Both the position numbers and the translations under genes were made by a program. This document shows, piece after piece, positions 56,936-64,000 of a DNA stretch of 64,000 bases. Origin of the DNA: Planctomycetota bacterium (lineage in GTDB: Bacteria > Planctomycetota > PLA2 > JAEUHO01); assembly GCA_965222115.1 (NCBI GenBank), contig CBDCTJ010000005.1, forward strand, positions 32,001 to 96,000, written 5' to 3'. A model generated the notes under the pieces. It was not told where the DNA came from. It made no database searches and worked only from the letters and a program-made list of their open reading frames with translations. Each line of letters begins with the position of its first letter. Position 1 is the first letter of the stretch.

Positions 56936-58024
56936 ATGTATTGGGCAAGGCACATCACCACGGTTCTTGCGCTTCTTCTCGTAGCATGTGGTCCGTGCGG
57001 GGGCGGTCCGTGTGGGGGCAATGTGCACGAAGTTCAATCTTTCGAGGTTCCGCGAGAACCCGCTTCGTCGGCGTCGGAAAACGGTGAACAGAATGTCAAG
57101 CGAGGTAGACGACGGCTTGAGGTGCGCGACCCCATGCTGTCGCATATCCATAACCCTACGCGGGACGACAATGGCTCGAGCATGCTTGCCGATGCATTTC
57201 GGCGTAGCGATCTAGCTCACGAGGCGTTGGGCTTGACCGCGTACGCGTGTCTAGCAAGCGGCTACACCCATCGTGGCAAGGAACCGTGTAGTCGCCTCGT
57301 CGGGCGTGCAATTCGTAAATTCAAGGATGAGGTCCGCGCCCTCGACTCAAGTAGACCACCTTCGCTCAATCCTTTGATAGCCCTCGTATTGATTAAGTCC
57401 TATGGCATGACGGGAAATGTGTGGATACGAGCGGAAGCGCAGCGCGCCCTGACCGACGCTGCCAACCAGTGTCGTCGGGGCGGAGTCACTGACGAAACTA
57501 CGGCGGGCTGGATGCTCTTGACGCTCATGTACGCGCGACGGACAAACAATGGTATGCAGCGGCGCCACAAGGGCACAAAGCAACTGCTTAATATTGACGA
57601 GTCATCGTTCGCAATTCTTGCCGACTGGTGCGGTGATGACGTACGCAACTCGTATCGCCGTCGTGCCGTCGCCGCCCTCGCCACACTCCTGTTCGCGCCC
57701 AAGGACACGGCGCGCGCCGAGCTTGAATCGATCGCTCGTGATCTTACGAGGCGCCCTTACTCAAGAGATACTCGGGACGGCACGACCGATTTGATTGGAT
57801 CCGTGTTTGCGGGCATCGCCCTCGGCTTTGTCGACTCAAATGTCGCGCTGGCATGGAGACAGAAGACTTCCGGTGCGGCAAACGAACAGTCGCACGCACT
57901 CCAAGAACAGGCAAAGGCAAGTACCATCAACGCGAGATCCATACGAACGCTTGCCTTGCTTGCTATGCTCGAAAAAAAGACGTGGTTGGGGTATGACCTT
58001 CCGTCCATCGACACGGTGCGTTAG
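56936..58024 (+). CDS. Lipoprotein, degenerate prenyltransferase-repeat-like toroid
   Basis: Lipobox 'LLLVAC'; 'LGLTAYACLASGYTH', 'SYGMTG...AQRAL', 'TAGWMLLTL' parallel the upstream family, but QW motifs are absent. Confidence 0.55.
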   Translation: MYWARHITTVLALLLVACGPCGGGPCGGNVHEVQSFEVPREPASSASENGEQNVKRGRRRLEVRDPMLSHIHNPTRDDNGSSMLADAFRRSDLAHEALGLTAYACLASGYTHRGKEPCSRLVGRAIRKFKDEVRALDSSRPPSLNPLIALVLIKSYGMTGNVWIRAEAQRALTDAANQCRRGGVTDETTAGWMLLTLMYARRTNNGMQRRHKGTKQLLNIDESSFAILADWCGDDVRNSYRRRAVAALATLLFAPKDTARAELESIARDLTRRPYSRDTRDGTTDLIGSVFAGIALGFVDSNVALAWRQKTSGAANEQSHALQEQAKASTINARSIRTLALLAMLEKKTWLGYDLPSIDTVR

Positions 58025-58072
58025 CAAACGGTAGCCGGCGCTCAACGATCAACGGCAAGTGATCTTGCGGAG

Positions 58073-58975
58073 CTACTCCCACATCAACGAAATACGGCTC
58101 GGCGGTTTCTCTCGCGAAAATGGAACCAATACCTTGATTTCACCCGGATCCTCAGGCGCGCCAATACGAACCACATGACTCGTGATCCACTTGCCTTGGT
58201 CGTCGTATTGCTCAACCCGCGCATAGCCCGCCGCTAGCGACTCCAGCACCCGGCGCAGTGCCAATCCGGTGTTCTCGGAGCTTGCAAGCGATTCAACGTC
58301 CGCCTGCGAGGCGGGATACCCGGGGAGACGGTTCATGGTGAGCTGCAACTGGCGGCCACCGGACGCCGATTCCACGCCTTCCACCTTGAGATAGGACGCA
58401 AACGGACCGGGGTCGAGTTGCACGGATTTCACATTGACCGGCCCGACCTTGTTCCAAACCTTGGCAAAGAGCTCCTTGTAGTCCACGAAAATCGACGACA
58501 CGAGAAACGCTCCGCAGAGCACAAGAAATGCCAGTGCGGCGGTTTTCAATAGTTGCGCACGGCTCAGCGGTTTGCTCGCAGCGCGTGTGTTGGCGTCTAC
58601 GGTTCGTTGACGCGCTTCTACGTGCCCACCGGAAATCACGTACAGCGTCTGTGTTTCGGTGCCTTTATCCCATTGAGTCGTTCGAATCGTAGAAAACAGT
58701 GAAGCGCGCTGCTCCGCGGGTGCCATGTCCACAAGTTGCTGCAAAAGATCGCGCAGGGGCACGGATACGTCGGGATGTTGCGCGTGCGCCGGACGGTTGT
58801 CGCCGAGCAAGCTGAAGTTGCCCCCATCCAACTCGATCGAGAAGCCGTATCCACCTGAACGTGCAAGCGTTGTCCATTCAACAAGCCGATCACGAAACGA
58901 CTCATCGCCCCAAACCGGACCCTCCAAGAGTCCGTCCACGGAAAAGGTGCCCACTTCGCGCACTTGTGCACTCAT
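58073..58975 (-). CDS. Hypothetical single-TM membrane protein
   Basis: 300-aa ORF with a central TM, starting 2 bp after the upstream gene's stop. Confidence 0.65.
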   Translation of the reverse strand: MSAQVREVGTFSVDGLLEGPVWGDESFRDRLVEWTTLARSGGYGFSIELDGGNFSLLGDNRPAHAQHPDVSVPLRDLLQQLVDMAPAEQRASLFSTIRTTQWDKGTETQTLYVISGGHVEARQRTVDANTRAASKPLSRAQLLKTAALAFLVLCGAFLVSSIFVDYKELFAKVWNKVGPVNVKSVQLDPGPFASYLKVEGVESASGGRQLQLTMNRLPGYPASQADVESLASSENTGLALRRVLESLAAGYARVEQYDDQGKWITSHVVRIGAPEDPGEIKVLVPFSREKPPSRISLMWE

Positions 58976-58977
58976 CG

Positions 58978-59565
58978 CTAGGACAGAAAACTCGAACGAA
59001 ACATTTGAATCTCACTCAATGGTCGCCAATTTTCCATTCCGTCTCTCCATACAAGGGTGGTGCCATCGATCTTGCCGTCCGCAAGTCCCTTACGTAAGGC
59101 CGCGGCCGACACCGGCCCACACTCTCCCGCCCCGGTGTCGTACTTCCACTCCTTGACTGGGACGACAGGCTCGTCTAACTCCTGATGCTCAGCGGCGTCT
59201 GAATCACCCGGGAGCGCCTGGGGACCGTCGTCGTGCATGCCGTGTCCCGCGGGCAGTGGGGTAATGCGGCGCGTGTCTATTCCAAGCGAACCGTCATGGG
59301 CGTTCAGCCGGGCTTCTGCGTGACGACGATGCGCCTCGTTTTTCATCTGTTCCTGACGAAGTTTTTCACGGAGCCTTCGCCGCTCGGATCGTGCGGCTAC
59401 TCGGTGACGCTCGCGTTCACGTTCATTGGAGACCACCAATACGATGATTAATCCAATGAGCCCCAGAAGGAAGCCGATAAAGAACCAGCCGAGTGGATTG
59501 CGGCCCTTGTTCGATGCAATAATCGCGCAAGCCGCCGCACAAATGACCGCAACAATCCAAACCAC
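58978..59565 (-). CDS. Membrane protein with C-terminal GYF_2 (DUF4339) domain
   Basis: 'IASNKGRNPLGWF' 2-TM; 'WKY....ECGPVS...L...G.I...TLVWRDGMENWRPL'. Confidence 0.85.
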   Translation of the reverse strand: MVWIVAVICAAACAIIASNKGRNPLGWFFIGFLLGLIGLIIVLVVSNERERERHRVAARSERRRLREKLRQEQMKNEAHRRHAEARLNAHDGSLGIDTRRITPLPAGHGMHDDGPQALPGDSDAAEHQELDEPVVPVKEWKYDTGAGECGPVSAAALRKGLADGKIDGTTLVWRDGMENWRPLSEIQMFRSSFLS

Positions 59566-59625
59566 GGAATGACCTCACCCGGTGACGATCACGGCATTAT
59601 GCCTGCCTCCGCGTGCCCCTGCAAG

Positions 59626-60450
59626 TCACGCCCGATCAATCATCAAGACCGCCAAATTGTGAAGAAAGTGAGCAAGCATGGCGGGGTAGAGGCTGCCGGT
59701 CTTCATCCGTATCCAGCCCAATAAGTAGCCAACGAGAAAGAGATAGGGCGCACGAAGTATCGAAAAGTGCATGGCGGAGAACAGTACCGCCCCAAGCGCG
59801 ATGGCGCGCGCGGGTCGAAGCGCCGACATGAGCCACGTCTGAACAAGGCCGCGAAACGCAATCTCCTCATTGATTGCAGGAAACACACAGATCAGTAAGA
59901 CCAATGCGGCATCGGACAGTCCGTCGCTGCTCAACTGCGCCACCCAGGAACTCCCGCCAACGCCATCCAACGACTGCAAGAACTCGTGGTACCCAAAATT
60001 CAATGCGAGCATCGGCACGAGCAATGCTAGTCCGATGTAGGCGTAGCGACCGCCAAACCCGGTGCGCGCCAACTGGGTGCGAAGAAGTGGCCAATAGCGA
60101 ACGGCGAAGACTGCGGTCGTTATCAAAACCGCAAGATCGGTAACTATGATGTGCATCCCGAGCCGCTGCTGACCGGCGGTAACGAACAACAAAAGACTCA
60201 CACCAAAGATAACGCAAAAGTATGTCCACCAGACGCGGCTAACATTCGGCGCGTGTAGCTTGACGAGCTCGCCCGCGGAAGGCCGCATGGCGCGCACCGG
60301 CGTCAAAACGGATGCAACGTCCTTGTAGGGCGTCGCGCAGCGGCGACAAAAGTAGTACGTTGGATCCAAGGGCGCATCACAGTATCGGCAATGCAAGTCG
60401 TCTCCCGACGTGGCAAGTTCGACGGGCGTTGGCGGTCGGAGGTCGCTCAT
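59626..60450 (-). CDS. CPBP (Abi/CAAX) intramembrane metalloprotease with N-terminal zinc ribbon
   Basis: 'EEIAFRG', 'FSAMH', 'AHFLHN'; 'CRYC...FCRRC'. Confidence 0.9.
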   Translation of the reverse strand: MSDLRPPTPVELATSGDDLHCRYCDAPLDPTYYFCRRCATPYKDVASVLTPVRAMRPSAGELVKLHAPNVSRVWWTYFCVIFGVSLLLFVTAGQQRLGMHIIVTDLAVLITTAVFAVRYWPLLRTQLARTGFGGRYAYIGLALLVPMLALNFGYHEFLQSLDGVGGSSWVAQLSSDGLSDAALVLLICVFPAINEEIAFRGLVQTWLMSALRPARAIALGAVLFSAMHFSILRAPYLFLVGYLLGWIRMKTGSLYPAMLAHFLHNLAVLMIDRA

Positions 60451-60650
60451 GGCGGGTTCGTTACCGTCCTTGCGGCGGGGGAACAACGGGTAGGCAGAGG
60501 ATGCCACAGATGAGCGGCGACACATGACCAACGCAATGGACGCATTCATTCACGAGGAGAGGAAACCCGTAGAATTGCGCGACCCATCGTTCCGCAGCGG
60601 TCCAATTGCTGGGGCTCTCGTCCAAGACCCGCATTGGTGGGAGAATCGAG

Positions 60651-60675
60651 GGAACCCCCACACCCCACCCTGGTT
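60651..60675 (+). promoter_or_regulatory. Possible ECF-type autoregulatory promoter
   Basis: GGAAC-N17-GTT ending 20 bp upstream of the ECF sigma ATG. Confidence 0.4.
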
Positions 60676-60695
60676 CTACGTATTGACGCCCCCCC

Positions 60696-61493
60696 ATGAG
60701 CGAATCACCCACCCCCACCCCGGATGCACGCACTACTGGGCAATCCACGGCTGACCGCTCGTCGGCGAATCAGGCGTCGGCGAGTCATGCGTCCGTCGAT
60801 TCCGACGGAGCAACTCGCACCGAACCAGGTGACTCCGGCGAGCCCGCGTTGGGTTACCGATTGATGGCCGATTTGCAACGCGTGCTGGCGGCGTCCTCCC
60901 CGAATGAATCATCTCAAGGGCAAGGCACTCCTGCCGACTCCATCGATGCGTTTCGCCCCATCTACGAGGCCTATGCCCCGCGCGTCATGCAGTTTTTCTT
61001 TCGCATGTGTGGCGATCGGTCCTTGGCCGAAGACTTGACACAGGACGTGTTCGTCAAAGTGTGGCGTGCAGCGCCATCGTGGCGCCCCGAAGCGCCGCTC
61101 CATACGTGGATCTTCACCATCGCTCGCTATCACGGGTGGAACGCACTGGCGTTTCGACGGCGGCGCAAGTCGGTTTGGCAACAGGCCGCAGATCAACCCG
61201 CTGTCAACGAACCGGCCGATTCCACGGCATCGAATCGAGTACCCCACGAACGACTCGCCGCGCGCGAGTTTGGAACCCACTTGCAGCGTGCGGTGCTCTC
61301 GCTTTCACCGCGCCTGCGAGTGGCGTTCGTCTTGGCGCGTTTCGAACGTCTCTCCCTGGCAGAAATCGCCCACATCGCAGGCGCCCCCATCGGCACCATC
61401 AAGAGCCGCATTGCCCGTGCGGAAAAACGGCTTCGGCGAGCGCTTTCGCATTCGCATGCATCCATGAAAGGGGGCTCTCATGACTCCCAATAA
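60696..61493 (+). CDS. ECF RNA polymerase sigma factor
   Basis: Region 2 'AEDLTQDVFVKVW...WIFTIAR'; region 4 'LSLAEIA...GTIKSRIARA'. Confidence 0.93.
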   Translation: MSESPTPTPDARTTGQSTADRSSANQASASHASVDSDGATRTEPGDSGEPALGYRLMADLQRVLAASSPNESSQGQGTPADSIDAFRPIYEAYAPRVMQFFFRMCGDRSLAEDLTQDVFVKVWRAAPSWRPEAPLHTWIFTIARYHGWNALAFRRRRKSVWQQAADQPAVNEPADSTASNRVPHERLAAREFGTHLQRAVLSLSPRLRVAFVLARFERLSLAEIAHIAGAPIGTIKSRIARAEKRLRRALSHSHASMKGGSHDSQ

Positions 61494-63036
61494 ACAGCAC
61501 AAGTCGCCCAATAAATCGCGCGGCGGCAGTTCGCACGATCTTGCTTCATTTGCATTGCATCTCCTCGATGCCGACGAGGCGCAATCGATCGAAGCGCGCG
61601 TTGCTCAGTCGCCCCGTGAATCCCGTGAACTCGACGATATCGCAGCGCATTTGGTCATGTACGACCGAATCGAAGGCGCACCGCCTGCCCCCACCTTTGA
61701 ACAGTTTCGTACACACGTGAAGTCGTCCGACGACGTAGATGCACCGCAGGCGCGTTTATCCGCCACAGTCAACGACTTCAGCTCGACGGACTCGTCAAAA
61801 CGTTGGTTTCGGCTTGGCATGGCAGCGGTCGCGCTACTGGCAATTGGCGCGGCAGCGCTGTGGGGATTCACGCGAGATCGCGGTAAGACGAATTCATCGC
61901 AGCTTGCAAGCATTTCGTGGGTTGGCCCGAGCGTTCAAACAGTTGCGGATGGTGCGCCGGCGCCCCTCAAGTCATCTTCGGCATTACAACCTGGCACGTG
62001 GCTCTATGGCGGCGAGGATGCAGGCGAGGTGCGCTACACAACGCGCAATCATACCGTTCGCCTCGTGCTTTCGTCCGGTGCATCGCTGCGATATACAAGT
62101 CCCACGCAGGTTTACTTGGAGAAGGGCAAGGCGTGGTTTGAGGTCACGAGACTTCAAACTGACACGAACGCATCGCCGATCACATTCCGCGTGTACTCAC
62201 CTCGCGGTGCAGTAAACGTGCTGGGCACGTCATTTCTTGTGGACGTCAACCGCGACGCGTTTTCCGTGGGCGTGTGGCATGGTGCTGTTGAGGTAAAACG
62301 TGCTGTGCAAATCACGCAAGACTCTAAGAACGATGCGAATGACGCCTTTCGTGTTGGCGCACGTGAATCGCTCGCATTTCACAGTTCGAGAGACGCGAGT
62401 ACGCCTGCTCCCACACGCGCGCCCTTCGCTTCACTTCCTGCATTCCTGTCAAAGGGCTTGGAACTCAGCACGCGCGTCGTGGCCGACGGCAAACAAGGCG
62501 ATGAATGGATCGTCGATTGCGTATTTCGAAATCGCGGTGGGCTGCGGCTATCTCTCAATGGCGACGACGAGGGGCAAAGCCCGCTTTGGTTGCACGTGAG
62601 CGATGCACAGGGCGGCCAAGTGAGCGCATTACCCGTGCTGCCAGTCAACATCGTCTCCCGATCCAACGAGACCGACTCAGATGCTGAGTTGGCGCCCTGG
62701 ATCGTTGCTACGAGCTCCGGACAGGCATCAGGCGCAGATTCAATCCTCGCGCCGGGCGAGTCGCGCGTGGTCCGAGTCCGATTCAAGGCGCCGCGCGTCC
62801 GAATGAAGGTCTCCGATGGTCCCCTGCCCCGCTACGTTTGTCGGGCGGTGTACCGAGGCGAAGCGCTCCCCCCGCTCCAATCCGCGCCAGTCCCAATTCA
62901 CGCCGCTCCCTCTCCTTTGAAGGAAGATGAGGCGGCAGAAAATGGGTCGATTGGCAACGGTTCGGAGCGAGCAGACGAGGCTCCGTCCGATGCCGCCAAC
63001 GGCGAATCGAAATCCACGGAGCAGCCCGGCCGATGA
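61480..63036 (+). CDS. FecR-domain anti-sigma factor
   Basis: N-terminal anti-sigma-like helix, TM, FecR 'YLEKGKAWFEV...FRVYSPRGAVNVLGTSF..V..GAVEV'. Confidence 0.85.
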   Translation: MTPNKQHKSPNKSRGGSSHDLASFALHLLDADEAQSIEARVAQSPRESRELDDIAAHLVMYDRIEGAPPAPTFEQFRTHVKSSDDVDAPQARLSATVNDFSSTDSSKRWFRLGMAAVALLAIGAAALWGFTRDRGKTNSSQLASISWVGPSVQTVADGAPAPLKSSSALQPGTWLYGGEDAGEVRYTTRNHTVRLVLSSGASLRYTSPTQVYLEKGKAWFEVTRLQTDTNASPITFRVYSPRGAVNVLGTSFLVDVNRDAFSVGVWHGAVEVKRAVQITQDSKNDANDAFRVGARESLAFHSSRDASTPAPTRAPFASLPAFLSKGLELSTRVVADGKQGDEWIVDCVFRNRGGLRLSLNGDDEGQSPLWLHVSDAQGGQVSALPVLPVNIVSRSNETDSDAELAPWIVATSSGQASGADSILAPGESRVVRVRFKAPRVRMKVSDGPLPRYVCRAVYRGEALPPLQSAPVPIHAAPSPLKEDEAAENGSIGNGSERADEAPSDAANGESKSTEQPGR

Positions 63037-64000
63037 GCACCTCTTCTAAACAACACGGCTCCCTCCCACCAAGCGACGGATCGCGTAAGCAGAGCTCCCC
63101 GGAGGTGCGCAAAGTTCGCACCAGGCTCGGGTTGTTGCGCGCGCGTGTGCGCGGCATTCTCGCCACGGTAGCCACATGCAAATGGATCGTCGCTGCGGTC
63201 GGGGCATTGGCCGCATTCTTTGTCGCCGATTGGTTCCTCGACCTGCCCATGCATGTACGTCGTTTTCTGCGCTCGGGTCTCTTGACCCAACCGGAAACGT
63301 GGTCGGTCTTCGCGTGGTTGGCGGCGCTCGCGATAGCTATCGCCGTCGCGGTGGTATTTACGAAAGCACGCAGGCGCACCGCACCCTTCTTTGCGTTTAT
63401 CGCCTGTGGTCTCGTTGGACTCTTGGCGTGGTTTGCCTATCAGCAGTTTGCCCCCATCGGCGCACGCATTCGTGACGAAGAGTTGGCACTCGGTGTGGAG
63501 GCCCGTCACGCGGGGCTTCGACATCGCTTGGCGTCGGCGCTCGATTTCGACAAGACCATTCAGGGAACGACTGTAGAGAGTCCCCGAGGTGAAAGCCGCG
63601 AGTTGATGGAAGCCATGGTGGCCGAGACCACCGCCGAAGCGAAAGGCGTCAAGTTTGCGCGCGCTGCCAATAGCGCACCGGCCACGCGTTGGGTATCGCT
63701 TGCAGGTTTGGCACTTGCGGGTGCGGTGATCGCCATGATTGCGTTGCCGGCAACCAAACTTTGGGCACGACGCAGCCTGTTATTGGAAGACGTGGACTGG
63801 CCGCGCGACACCACCATGCTCGCCGTAGATGTTGACGTATTGGATGAGGCGAAGGCCTCGTCGGGCGACAACGCCAACGTTTCCACAGAAGGTGACTCAA
63901 ACAGCGCGATCAATACGCGCATCACGCCACACGATCCTAAGGTGCCATTTTCCGTAACGGTGGGACGACCGCTCACGATCTACGCATTGGCCGAGGGCGA
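63033..64000 (+). CDS. Multi-TM membrane protein of MoxR/BatA clusters (DUF4175-like), truncated by window end
   Basis: Not in the ORF track; ATG overlaps upstream stop; translates 'FFVADWFLDLPMHVR...LALGVEARHAGLRHRLASALDF...WARRSLLLEDVDWPRDT'. Confidence 0.75.
   Translation, partial: MSTSSKQHGSLPPSDGSRKQSSPEVRKVRTRLGLLRARVRGILATVATCKWIVAAVGALAAFFVADWFLDLPMHVRRFLRSGLLTQPETWSVFAWLAALAIAIAVAVVFTKARRRTAPFFAFIACGLVGLLAWFAYQQFAPIGARIRDEELALGVEARHAGLRHRLASALDFDKTIQGTTVESPRGESRELMEAMVAETTAEAKGVKFARAANSAPATRWVSLAGLALAGAVIAMIALPATKLWARRSLLLEDVDWPRDTTMLAVDVDVLDEAKASSGDNANVSTEGDSNSAINTRITPHDPKVPFSVTVGRPLTIYALAEG

Overview
GC-rich bacterial chromosomal window, most likely from a Planctomycetota. This is inferred from the MoxR/DUF58/BatA-vWA/PQQ-propeller/prenyltransferase-repeat cluster, the GYF_2 and ECF-FecR genes, and planctomycete-like palindromic repeats. 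The housekeeping core (15.6-23.3 kb) carries pssA, a folK-panC fusion, panD, ispE, an aroD-aroE-aroK triple fusion, eno and an ftsB-like gene. There are three accessory regions. (i) 2.7-8.9 kb: orphan exported proteins, including a PDZ-caspase. (ii) 25.9-33.0 kb: a tightly coupled operon of methyltransferase, YdjC deacetylase, SenB/GLT1D1-like glycosyltransferase, TPR-Ser/Thr kinase and FHA-trypsin protease. (iii) 45.2-55.6 kb: a block bracketed by a 33-bp inverted repeat (32/33 identical) that interrupts the MoxR/BatA cluster. It holds a hairpin-dense non-coding region, an exported HEAT protein, a membrane-targeted Rhs toxin with a barnase/RNase Sa-like tip, a SMI1/KNR4 immunity gene and a GspC-like PDZ protein, with no T6SS genes in view. 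Regions (ii) and (iii) are the best candidates for undescribed systems. No rRNA, tRNA, CRISPR array, transposase or integrase was recognised. All calls come from motifs read by eye; no searches were run.
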